From the IMG/VR virus record IMGVR_UViG_3300048808_000008, positions 6,918-70,917 of that record: 64,000 nt of DNA. One strand, 5' to 3'. The DNA is from a virus. The notes below the pieces were generated by a model, which saw only the letters and a list, made by a program, of their open reading frames with translations, did no database searches and was not told the DNA's origin. This document shows, piece by piece, positions 17,799-26,952 of the stretch. Each line of letters starts with the position of its first letter. The first letter of the stretch is position 1. The position numbers and the translations under genes were made by a program.

Positions 17799-18619
17799 GA
17801 ACAATCATCCCGGAAAACCCTAAGATCGGAATCTGTTTGGCGACTCACGCAGCCGTTCCATATATCGACACGGGCCTAGCTTGCCTCAGACGGCACGAGC
17901 CGCAAATAAAAGTGCTCGTGCATGACGATTTTTCCAACGACCGGCTAAAACTCAACCTCTTGTGCGACAAGTACGGGGCCGATTTCTTTACCACGGAGTA
18001 CCGCAAAGTCGAGACTGTCGGGGACTTGTCCAGCTTTGCCGAAGCCCTCCGGTGGGGACAGGAAAACAATCTCGATATTGTCGTGAAGTGTTCGCGCAGG
18101 TTCATTGCGGATCGTCCGTGGTCCTCTGAGCTTGCGAACCTGATGCACTCCACGCAGTATGTGACCGCGACTGGGCACACCCCTGAATTTGGCTTTGGCT
18201 TTCGGTCCGAGTGGGTCGCCATGCACGTTCCGACATGGGTAGGATGCGGTGCGTACGCGGCGATGGCTGAAACGGCGAGGCAGAATCAATACTACGATCC
18301 GCTTCCCGAAGCGTGGTATCACCATCGGGCGCGGCAGGCACACGCCTTCGCCCATCCACAGGATGAGCCGACGTGCCATCAGAACAATTCCAATCATCCA
18401 GACTGTGATTTTCTGGTGATGAGCGAAAGCAGGTTCGCTAGGCCCGCGACGTGCGATGCGTACATTTGGTTCGCGTCCTTGCTTGGACTGGCGCGAAAGC
18501 AGATCGTTCCGAACGTCTATTGGCACGATTCTAGGACGCCATTCGATTACTTCCAGCTTGCCAAGAAGTACGATCTCTGTTATGAGCCGGCCGAATTCAT
18601 GATCACTCCAGGAGAATGA
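17795..18619 (+). CDS. Glycosyltransferase family 2-like protein
   Basis: KIGICLATH...VLVHDDFS GT-A N-terminal motifs; the usual DxD is not evident (VKCSRRF). Confidence 0.65.
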   Translation: MRTIIPENPKIGICLATHAAVPYIDTGLACLRRHEPQIKVLVHDDFSNDRLKLNLLCDKYGADFFTTEYRKVETVGDLSSFAEALRWGQENNLDIVVKCSRRFIADRPWSSELANLMHSTQYVTATGHTPEFGFGFRSEWVAMHVPTWVGCGAYAAMAETARQNQYYDPLPEAWYHHRARQAHAFAHPQDEPTCHQNNSNHPDCDFLVMSESRFARPATCDAYIWFASLLGLARKQIVPNVYWHDSRTPFDYFQLAKKYDLCYEPAEFMITPGE

Positions 18620-19704
18620 GGCAACTTATCCTCGATCACCGGACGGCAGCAGGCGATATCGTCGTTCTTACCGCCGCAATCAGGGCGCTTCACGATACGC
18701 ACCCCGGCTTGTTTGAAACGGACTATATAGGCGTCCATTCCCGCTTCTCCGACGGCAACAACCTATTCGCCGGGAACCCGTACATCACCGAGCTATATAA
18801 GGGCGATCCGAACGTCAATCAAGCCAACTGCTGTGCGGGAATTCCTTACCTCATGGTCGAATACGGGCGCGGCGGTCGGGGCGTGAACGGATGCGGGCGG
18901 CCGTTCCACTTCCTCTCGGCGTTCGTAGAGGACTTGAGCCAGATGCTCGGCGTCTACATCGAGCTGAAGGAGTTCCGACCCGATCTCTACCTGTCCGACG
19001 AAGAACGTGAGCCGTGGCCCGGACTGCCGGAAAAGTACATCGTGATCGACGCCGGGACGAAGCGCGACATGACTACGAAGGGATGGAGCGTCCATCGCTA
19101 CCAGCAGGTGGTAAACACGCTAAAGGACCGCATAGCATTCGTGCAGGTGGGTTCTGCCGTAGATTTGCACCCGGCACTGGAGAACGTGGTCAACTTGGTC
19201 GGGCAAACGAGCCTGCGGGATCTGATCCGCGTCATCTCGCGGTCATCGCTCGTGCTTACCCCGATCTCGTTGCCGATGCACCTATGCGCGGGCGTGCCAT
19301 TTCCGGACGAACCTAATCCGTTGGCGCCACGCACGGTTGCAGAGCGGCACAAGTACCGTACGCAGGTTCTCTTGGCGCAGCGGGCACAAGGAATGCGGCC
19401 TCCCGACATCCCCGAGATACCGCAGCGTAGAAACCGGCCGTGCGTAGTCCTTGCGGGACAGCGTGAACCTCGCCATTGGGAACAGTATCCCGCGCATACC
19501 CATCTCGGCACGGAAGGGCATCTTGTTTGCGGCGTACTTCCTGGAAACGGATGCTGGCGTAACAAGACAGTGCGGATAGAAAACGATACAGACACATCGG
19601 TGTGCTTCCGCGCTATGCAGGATGAAGCAGGCCAGTGGGTTCCCGAATGTCTTCACCGAGTATCCGTAGAGGACGTGGTTCGCGCAATCGAAGTGTGGCT
19701 ATAA
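18616..19704 (+). CDS. Glycosyltransferase family 9 (heptosyltransferase-like) with a four-Cys C-terminus
   Basis: AGDIVVLTAAIRAL, NPYI, PDLYLS, KGW....QQVV, VNLVGQTSLRDL, SLPMHL; C..NGCW..C..EC. Confidence 0.85.
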   Translation: MRQLILDHRTAAGDIVVLTAAIRALHDTHPGLFETDYIGVHSRFSDGNNLFAGNPYITELYKGDPNVNQANCCAGIPYLMVEYGRGGRGVNGCGRPFHFLSAFVEDLSQMLGVYIELKEFRPDLYLSDEEREPWPGLPEKYIVIDAGTKRDMTTKGWSVHRYQQVVNTLKDRIAFVQVGSAVDLHPALENVVNLVGQTSLRDLIRVISRSSLVLTPISLPMHLCAGVPFPDEPNPLAPRTVAERHKYRTQVLLAQRAQGMRPPDIPEIPQRRNRPCVVLAGQREPRHWEQYPAHTHLGTEGHLVCGVLPGNGCWRNKTVRIENDTDTSVCFRAMQDEAGQWVPECLHRVSVEDVVRAIEVWL

Positions 19705-19705
19705 C

Positions 19706-20437
19706 ATGACAGGAACAGACTTCATCGCCGCCGGCCAACTTCGACTCAGAGAATCGCTGAGTACGTCGGCCATGCAACAAGCCCAACTTTGGCCTCGCCA
19801 TGTGCGCCGCGCGGCCAACGATGTTGCAAAGCTCACGTGGTCCCTACAAAGGACCGCGACCATAGACGTTGTGGCGAATCAGGTTCAGTATACGATGCCG
19901 TCACGCATGTTCTACGTGAGCACGGTTTGCGTAAACGACGGTTTCGGCAACATCTGGCCACTTGGTTCCTCGAACGAGGCCCTGGCGGACAACCAACTTT
20001 GGAACTGGCGCGCGAGTGGGAATGTCACAGGGCCGACCTATCAGGGGGTGCCTTCCGCGTGTATTGTCGAGGGACTGCAGACATTTAAGCTCATTCCGGT
20101 ACCGAATTATTCGGTTGAGGACGGCTTGATTGTTGGCGGCTACTTCGGTGTGGACAAATGGTGGAGCATGTCCGACGAATGCCCACTCCCGGACGACGAA
20201 GAGTACAACGAGGCCGTCGAGGTCGGCGCGTGCTATCGGCGCTGCATGGAGATGAAGTCGGTCGATCCGCTATACGCGGCCGGGGCAGTCGATTATAAAT
20301 TGCAGGCCGACGAGATCATACGCAACCTCTATCGCCAGTCCACGACGGCCAACCAGTCGCGGCGCGATGGCACGATACCCTCTCTTGGAAACCGGATGGG
20401 CAATTGGGGTGCGGCCGGATGGAACTGGGTGGGATAA
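19706..20437 (+). CDS. Head-tail adaptor protein (putative)
   Basis: Helix-beta-helix adaptor pattern (AANDV, QYTMPS, G.PS....LIPVP); synteny. Confidence 0.6.
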   Translation: MTGTDFIAAGQLRLRESLSTSAMQQAQLWPRHVRRAANDVAKLTWSLQRTATIDVVANQVQYTMPSRMFYVSTVCVNDGFGNIWPLGSSNEALADNQLWNWRASGNVTGPTYQGVPSACIVEGLQTFKLIPVPNYSVEDGLIVGGYFGVDKWWSMSDECPLPDDEEYNEAVEVGACYRRCMEMKSVDPLYAAGAVDYKLQADEIIRNLYRQSTTANQSRRDGTIPSLGNRMGNWGAAGWNWVG

Positions 20438-21394
20438 ATGGGCTATACCACACAAGACGTTTGGAACCTCGCGCTTACGATGCTCGCGCAGCCGTCCACG
20501 TTCATCGCTTCAGGCTTGCCGAGCGGTGGCGGCCAGAACGATCAGTATACGATCACGCCGACCATTCAGGCGATCCTGTGGATGATCGAAGGGCAGAACA
20601 GGCTCGGCAGGCTCTGTACGCCGATCCCGGACACCGTGAATTACAGCGGTGCGGCTGGTCAACCCGCTACGGGACCGTATTCGGCAATGTCCAGTGCGTC
20701 CGGTCGTCCTTTGTACCGGCCAACACAGATGGCTATCGGCAGCGCGATACTCGCGGCGACCAACACGGGGTATCTGCGCGGCCCGTACAGCTGGTATCCG
20801 AACGATCCTGCAACCGGTAATCCGACCGCTTGGGCCGACAACGATACCGTGGCGCTCATTGGCTCGGGCGTATACGCGACGACGCCGACATTCACAATCA
20901 ACGGCTATTTCCTGCCGCAGCCGGTTAAATACCTGTTCAGCGGGGCAACGGTCGCAACGGCCACTCTTAGCGTGGCAACCGGCCCGATTGGCAACAATCC
21001 TGCGGCTGGGGACATCATCTATCTGTCGGGAGGCTCTGTCACGCCCGGCAACTACACCGTTGCCTCGGTCACGAATTCTACCACGCTCGTGCTGACAACG
21101 AACCCCGGCAACTCCAGCGGGAACGTGAATGGCGCAAGCCCATTGGATGCTTTTCTTGACGACTTCCGCTTCCGCGCTCTGGGTTACTACGTGGCATGGG
21201 AAACGGCCCAGAAGAACATGTACAACCAGCGGTTGGCCCAGCAGATCGCGCCGTGCGCAAATGAGTGGATAGGCAGCGTGAAAGAGATTTACGACCGCGT
21301 GATCGAGAATGATCCTACACTGGCAGGAATCTTCGCGCCGGAACCAATCGACGCGCAAATCCAGCTCATCAAGCAGATGTTCCCGAGAACCTAA
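20438..21394 (+). CDS. Second head-tail adaptor with an inserted beta domain (putative)
   Basis: WMIEGQNRL, GNPTAW, ALGYYVAW; Thr/Gly-rich insertion GDIIYLSG..GNYTV. Confidence 0.55.
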   Translation: MGYTTQDVWNLALTMLAQPSTFIASGLPSGGGQNDQYTITPTIQAILWMIEGQNRLGRLCTPIPDTVNYSGAAGQPATGPYSAMSSASGRPLYRPTQMAIGSAILAATNTGYLRGPYSWYPNDPATGNPTAWADNDTVALIGSGVYATTPTFTINGYFLPQPVKYLFSGATVATATLSVATGPIGNNPAAGDIIYLSGGSVTPGNYTVASVTNSTTLVLTTNPGNSSGNVNGASPLDAFLDDFRFRALGYYVAWETAQKNMYNQRLAQQIAPCANEWIGSVKEIYDRVIENDPTLAGIFAPEPIDAQIQLIKQMFPRT

Positions 21395-21895
21395 ATGTCA
21401 AGCTCTTCGTCACTTTCAGGCCCAACTACGCGCCAAGGGGCTCTCTTGGTCAATCCGGACAGCCGAACGACCGAAGTGCTCACCGGTGCCGGGAATCTTC
21501 AGATCGGCGCGTACGTCCCGCTGGAGGTCATGAATCGGTACGCGGGAATCTTCCCGACAACCGGCTTCGATTCGGTCACGCTGAACTACGCCAACATCTC
21601 CGGGCAGCCACTTTCAATGACTTTCTCTGTCACCCTCTGGATGAGCGACGCCGGGTACGTATTTGTCTGCACGGACAATATCACCCAACTTCTGATCTCC
21701 GGCGTGAACGGCGCATTCTTCAGCGCGAATGCGGCTAATATCAACCAGAGGAACTTCAACGCTTTTGCTACGGCCCTTCAGCCGTGCGGGAACGCGAGTC
21801 GCTACGGCGCGTGCGATTTGTTGCCAAACCAGGTTAGGCCGACCGTCTGGTATCGCGACGGCGTGCTCATTCCACAACCCAACATAGCGGAGTAA
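21395..21895 (+). CDS. Putative virion protein with an N-terminal poly-Ser tract
   Basis: MSSSSSLS start; within the structural operon. Confidence 0.55.
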   Translation: MSSSSSLSGPTTRQGALLVNPDSRTTEVLTGAGNLQIGAYVPLEVMNRYAGIFPTTGFDSVTLNYANISGQPLSMTFSVTLWMSDAGYVFVCTDNITQLLISGVNGAFFSANAANINQRNFNAFATALQPCGNASRYGACDLLPNQVRPTVWYRDGVLIPQPNIAE

Positions 21896-21897
21896 CG

Positions 21898-22248
21898 ATG
21901 ATTCACAGAATAGACAACGGCGGCGAATGGCGCATAGACAGGATCGTTTATTCGCCCGAGGCCGAGAACAAGATTCCCGTCGAGCACGCACAGGTCGTGT
22001 TCACAGTTTGGCATAAGCGGCACGCGGTCGGCAGGTTCCGACTTCTCGTGCCGCTCACGGCGACACCGAAGGAGATCGAGCGCATAATGGAGGCTTGGCT
22101 CTTACAGGTCGTGTCGGGGAAGATCGACCTTCAGCTTGCGGTGCACCGGGCCGAAGTGAGCGATGTTGCGGCGGGTAAGCGGCATGAGCCTGTTAAAGAG
22201 CGCGGCCTGTTCATACCGCCCCATCTTCAAAGGACGCCCGGACTGTAA
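21898..22248 (+). CDS. Hypothetical protein
   Basis: GGAG RBS, 116 aa. Confidence 0.55.
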   Translation: MIHRIDNGGEWRIDRIVYSPEAENKIPVEHAQVVFTVWHKRHAVGRFRLLVPLTATPKEIERIMEAWLLQVVSGKIDLQLAVHRAEVSDVAAGKRHEPVKERGLFIPPHLQRTPGL

Positions 22249-22341
22249 ATGGGGTAGAATATCGTATTTGGAAAGGGTGGCCTCCCGAAAGAGCCGTCCA
22301 CGAACCCTTGCACCCAAACTCAAAGCGAAAATAGTCGTTTA

Positions 22342-22366
22342 GGCCCTCCGAAGTGAGGGCTTTTTC
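22342..22366 (+). terminator. Rho-independent terminator
   Basis: GGCCCTC-CGAAGT-GAGGGC-TTTTT. Confidence 0.65.
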
Positions 22367-22371
22367 ATGCA

Positions 22372-25300
22372 ATGCCTACAAGCAGCGATAATCCCTATCT
22401 AAATCTTGGCTCGACAACTTTTGACGAGTCGAGGGGCTTCGTCGGCCTGGACCTCTTCCAGAACCCACAGGACCTAGCCTCGTCGTATCTGATGCAGGCG
22501 GATAACTGCAACCTGCTCGCGGGGATGCTGCCAAGCCGCCCTGGTATCAACGGCGTGTTCGGCGCAAGTAATTCATCGCCGGGATCGGTCGGTTCGTCGT
22601 ACGGCTCGGGCAATCGTTCGTCCGGCAGTTGGTACAGCGAGGGCGACACATTCTATACCGTTCCGAGCGGCCCGTGTTACGGGATTGCTAGTTTTACCGA
22701 CACGTCGGGGAATATGTGGATCGTCTTCACTGACAGCAACGGGCGCATCTACAAGACGCTGAGAGGATCGCAAAGTTATACGGAACTATTGACGGTTGGC
22801 GGCGGTCATTACAACTTCACTCCGGGCAGTCTGGACGCTTCCCGACCGGATGGGTTTCTGTACCTAGTGGACGGATCGCATCCGCTCACCCGGCTAAACC
22901 TGTCGGGCGGCTATCCAGCGTACTCTATGATTGCGCCGGCGCAGTCCCCGGCCGCTGTGCTCACGTCGAACACGCTCTTTGCCGCAAACACTGGGAGCCA
23001 GTGGAGTTTTGACGGGCAAGCTACGGCAATCAATACGTCGATTGTGACCGCTAACCTGCTGAACACCGGCGCATGGACAGTCACGAATAGTGCCGGGCCC
23101 GGCTATGGCACCGGCGTGAACATGATAAACGCGGCCGTGAATATCTGTCTTGCGGGAGGCAGTGACGCGACGGGTGCATTCCTTGCGGTGTCGGCGCTTT
23201 CGGGCAGCACGGGGGAAAGCCCGAACCTGTATCCTTCCCGGTTCCACTTCCTCATCCAAGGGATAAAAGACGGCCAGTTCCACGGACAGGGTAACAGCTA
23301 TAGCGCGAACGTCATCATCACGGCGTTCGACTCGAATCAGAATAACCTCGGTCAAGGTGTCTTTAACGTCAATCCCGCCCAGGGCGCGACAACACTGTTC
23401 GACACTGTGTTCGACTTCTCTGGCGCAGGCGCAACGGTCGCCTATCTTAAGGTGCAGATGGTTAAGTCCAGCGATTCCAACTCCGGGAATTTATGGCTCG
23501 CCAATGCGCTGCTTTACCCAATCACCGTACAAACCCAGATCATCAGCGGTGCGACCAGCACCGTCTTTATCCCGTCGATCAGTGGCGGTCTAACGGGGAC
23601 CTCGCCCGGAAACGCCTCTAGCAGCAGTTCGAGCAGTCTGAACGCGGGGGGCCAAATCGTGCCAACGAGCACGACTGACATCGGCGCCGCTGCTAACATT
23701 CTGGACTATCAGGAAACCTCTTGGACATTCACGTTCCCCGGCTCACCAGTTGACCTTTCGACGACCGACCGGCTCGTGATCGGCCTCAATCCGAACGCCG
23801 TGGCATCCTGGGGCGGACAGAGCACGAACGGGGTGGACACGACCGGCCTGAACTTTGCGCTCACGCTTTTGCAAACCGGCGGCGGTGCATATCTGGCCGA
23901 CAATGGAACCAGCATCTCGGCCGACAGCACCGGGCTTGACTGCGACATATCGACGCTCACGGTTGCCGAGCGGCAGAATATCACGGGCCTGAAACTCACT
24001 TTCTTATCGAACATCCTGTGGGGCAGCCCGAACTATGCTTTCCAGCTTGGGCCGGTACTTGCTCCGGGCAATCTCTCGATTGGCGACTCGCCCTACACGT
24101 ACTACGTGACCGAGACGGCACAGATGGACTCCGTGAACAATATCGAGTCTAACCCGTCCCTGCCGTCGGTTCAGGTTCTGCCGACATTCGCGCAGGCCAC
24201 CGGATCTATTACGATCCCGTCCGACTGCCCGAAGAACCCGGCGTCTACTCAGTACAACCTTTACCGGCAAGGGGGCGCGTGGTCTGATATTCGGCTTATC
24301 GCAACGGTCAATATCGGGAGCACCGTTGCGATGGGCGCGGACCCGAGCAATCCGTACTACGCCTACAGCGCAGGCGTTTTTACGGACAATACGCCCGACT
24401 TGTTCTTGACAGGCGTTGCCCTCATGTCTTTCTCGAAAGACCCTATGCCTGCGAATGCGCAGGCAATCGCGACGTGGCAGGGCCGCAACTGGGTAGCGGT
24501 CGGAAACACAATTTACTGCTCGTGGCTCTATGCGAGCACGGGGAGCGCCGCGCTTCTCACGACCCTTGTTCAGAATCCGAATGACCCGAACTTCTCGATA
24601 GCGGGCTTCAATACATCGCTCTCGCCTGACCCGTCTGATACGGTCGTGCGGATGATTCCTTACGGAACGCCGGTCGTGGCAGGGAACGAGTTCGGAGGCG
24701 GCTTGCTCGTGCTCTGCCAGCGCAGCGTATGGGTAGTGCAAGGACTCGACGCGAGCAATTTCTCAATCCAGCAGTTACCGTACTCGGACGGAGTGGGGCT
24801 TGTGGCGCGGCGTGGCGTAACCGTTATCTCTCCGAACGAGATTGCATTCCTCGGCCCGGACCGTATCCATCAGTTTCCGTTGAAGCTCGACAATCCGCTG
24901 AAGGACTTCGGGCTTCCGATCCAGCCGCAACTTTACCCGAACACGACGAACGGCACACTCCAGATTCCCAGTGCGTTCGCGAACGCCTTTGCCATCTTCC
25001 ACGACGCGGCCATGTACGTGTGCGTTCCGCTTCCGGGCGGATCGTCGAACTCGGTCATTTGGAAGTACGACTTCCGAAGCGGACCGGGATGGACGCGGTG
25101 GAGTCAGTTCTGCGATGCAACGCCGAACGACACGTTCAATATGGCGTTCACATCCGCCATGAGCTTGCCGCCCAATGCGGCCAGCGGATCGGCTGAGAAC
25201 CTGTACCTGTGGGGAACGAACGGACAGATGAGTCTCGTGAGCGGAACGACGGATAGCGCGACGCCGATCTCGGGCGCAGTCAATATCGCCTTCTCGATCA

Positions 25301-25650
25301 CGGTCAATGCGAAGCGGCCGGGCTTCTTCTACCGCTACAAGCGGCGTGTTCTCTACTATATTCTGGCAATGCTGGAATGGTGGGAGATCGAAGCGGTCAT
25401 GAACGGCACGCTTACAGCGACTGCGCAGGCGTACACGTACGGGCCGACCGGTCCTGCGGCAATTGCGGGAGCGAAAACGGTCCAGCCCTACCTGCTTGCG
25501 GGAACCGGCGAGGGTTACACACAGAACGCTCCGAGCGGACTTATCGAAGGACAGTACCTTACGCTTCAACTTACCGGTTCGGTTAGCCAGCAAGCTATTC
25601 TACGCGGCGTGCGCGGCTGGATCACCGGCACGTCAACTCAGGCCGACTAA
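22372..25650 (+). CDS. Tail nozzle / tubular protein B-like (P22 gp10-like) with large insertions
   Basis: N-terminal F.GLD...ADN.NL..G.L..RPG; beta-propeller-like C-terminal half (WQGRNWVA, GVGLVA, IWKYDF..GWTRW). Confidence 0.65.
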   Translation: MPTSSDNPYLNLGSTTFDESRGFVGLDLFQNPQDLASSYLMQADNCNLLAGMLPSRPGINGVFGASNSSPGSVGSSYGSGNRSSGSWYSEGDTFYTVPSGPCYGIASFTDTSGNMWIVFTDSNGRIYKTLRGSQSYTELLTVGGGHYNFTPGSLDASRPDGFLYLVDGSHPLTRLNLSGGYPAYSMIAPAQSPAAVLTSNTLFAANTGSQWSFDGQATAINTSIVTANLLNTGAWTVTNSAGPGYGTGVNMINAAVNICLAGGSDATGAFLAVSALSGSTGESPNLYPSRFHFLIQGIKDGQFHGQGNSYSANVIITAFDSNQNNLGQGVFNVNPAQGATTLFDTVFDFSGAGATVAYLKVQMVKSSDSNSGNLWLANALLYPITVQTQIISGATSTVFIPSISGGLTGTSPGNASSSSSSSLNAGGQIVPTSTTDIGAAANILDYQETSWTFTFPGSPVDLSTTDRLVIGLNPNAVASWGGQSTNGVDTTGLNFALTLLQTGGGAYLADNGTSISADSTGLDCDISTLTVAERQNITGLKLTFLSNILWGSPNYAFQLGPVLAPGNLSIGDSPYTYYVTETAQMDSVNNIESNPSLPSVQVLPTFAQATGSITIPSDCPKNPASTQYNLYRQGGAWSDIRLIATVNIGSTVAMGADPSNPYYAYSAGVFTDNTPDLFLTGVALMSFSKDPMPANAQAIATWQGRNWVAVGNTIYCSWLYASTGSAALLTTLVQNPNDPNFSIAGFNTSLSPDPSDTVVRMIPYGTPVVAGNEFGGGLLVLCQRSVWVVQGLDASNFSIQQLPYSDGVGLVARRGVTVISPNEIAFLGPDRIHQFPLKLDNPLKDFGLPIQPQLYPNTTNGTLQIPSAFANAFAIFHDAAMYVCVPLPGGSSNSVIWKYDFRSGPGWTRWSQFCDATPNDTFNMAFTSAMSLPPNAASGSAENLYLWGTNGQMSLVSGTTDSATPISGAVNIAFSITVNAKRPGFFYRYKRRVLYYILAMLEWWEIEAVMNGTLTATAQAYTYGPTGPAAIAGAKTVQPYLLAGTGEGYTQNAPSGLIEGQYLTLQLTGSVSQQAILRGVRGWITGTSTQAD

Positions 25651-25662
25651 AGGAGTCATACC

Positions 25663-26187
25663 ATGTTTGCATACGGCGGAAATCCAGGAGAACAAAACGG
25701 GCAAGTAGCCATCGCGGCGACATATACGTTCACGGCTTCAATTGCCGGGAGCCTCATGACCGTCACGGGATCGCCGTCCGGCCTCGCGGTCGGGCAGGTG
25801 TTCACCGGCACCGGCGTTCCGGCAGGAACCTTCATAGGATCCCTCGGGACGGGTAGCGGGGGGAACGGCACGTACAACCTCGGCAACTCGATCAATCCTA
25901 TTCCCTCCACTTTGGTCATTGCCTCCGAGACAATGACTGTGAGTGGCGCGGTCATTCCGCAGCTTCAGGCCAACAATAACGCCATTGATCCGAACCTCGA
26001 TCAGATGGTCGTGCATATCTGCGCTACAGCCGATGTATTTGTCGGCAAGCCGGGCGTTACGGACACGACGGGATTCCGGGTTCCGGCAAATATCCCGTGG
26101 CGATTCATGGTCCGGTGTCAGCTTGGGGTGAACACGGCAACCACTGCGACCGTGACTTACTTCATCGAATCGCAGTCCGTCGGATAA
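25663..26187 (+). CDS. Putative virion protein with a Gly/Thr beta insertion
   Basis: AAGGAG RBS; FTASIAG..LAVGQV.TGTGV..GT..GTYNL module. Confidence 0.6.
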   Translation: MFAYGGNPGEQNGQVAIAATYTFTASIAGSLMTVTGSPSGLAVGQVFTGTGVPAGTFIGSLGTGSGGNGTYNLGNSINPIPSTLVIASETMTVSGAVIPQLQANNNAIDPNLDQMVVHICATADVFVGKPGVTDTTGFRVPANIPWRFMVRCQLGVNTATTATVTYFIESQSVG

Positions 26188-26197
26188 GGAGCTCGTA

Positions 26198-26950
26198 ATG
26201 GGATTCTTTGGAACAGCGCCGACCCTTCAGACAGGCCAAACAGACGCCTACATGGGCGCTCTGAATAACCTTGGAACGCAGATTGGCGGCATGAGCGGGA
26301 TCGCGAATGGAAACTACGCAAACTACAACGCGGCCAACAACAATGCGTTCAACAACTACGCCAAGTACCTGAGCACGAACCCGGCAACCGACCAGCAGAC
26401 AGGCCAATATACGGCGAATGCCGAACAGGGTGCAAGTGAAGGGGCTGCACAAGCAGGCGCCGCGCTCGATGAGAGCTTGGCCGCTCGCGGACTGTCGCCG
26501 GGTTCGTCCGCAGCCGTGGGTGGACAGGCGGCCATCCAGGAAGGTCTCGCGGCCAACAACGCCAATATCCAGGCGCAGATCGGGGAGAACTATCAGAATC
26601 AGGCGAACGCGAACAAGGCCGCGCTGTACGGCCTGACGACGGGCGCGGCCAACAACGCCTTCAACCAGGCAGGCAGCTTGAACAACGCTCAGGAGGGGAT
26701 TGACCAGACGCTCTACGGGGACGCCAACCAGCAAGCGCAGCAGCAGTTGCAACTCGCGCAACAGCAGCAGCAAGCAGGATTCCAGGACATCGGGGCGATT
26801 GTCTCGGCCGGAGCGCCGTATTTCGCCAATTTCAATGCGGGCGGCAATCCTCCAGGCGCAGCGGCATCGCCGTCTGGCGCCAACCTAGCCCAGTATTCAC
26901 CGTTTAGCTATCCTCAGCAGTCCCAGTTCGCGTCTGCGGTGAGTTTCTAA
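26198..26950 (+). CDS. Putative ejection (internal virion) protein
   Basis: N/Q/A/G-rich helical protein, SLAARGL motif, podovirus synteny. Confidence 0.6.
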   Translation: MGFFGTAPTLQTGQTDAYMGALNNLGTQIGGMSGIANGNYANYNAANNNAFNNYAKYLSTNPATDQQTGQYTANAEQGASEGAAQAGAALDESLAARGLSPGSSAAVGGQAAIQEGLAANNANIQAQIGENYQNQANANKAALYGLTTGAANNAFNQAGSLNNAQEGIDQTLYGDANQQAQQQLQLAQQQQQAGFQDIGAIVSAGAPYFANFNAGGNPPGAAASPSGANLAQYSPFSYPQQSQFASAVSF

Positions 26951-26952
26951 CC

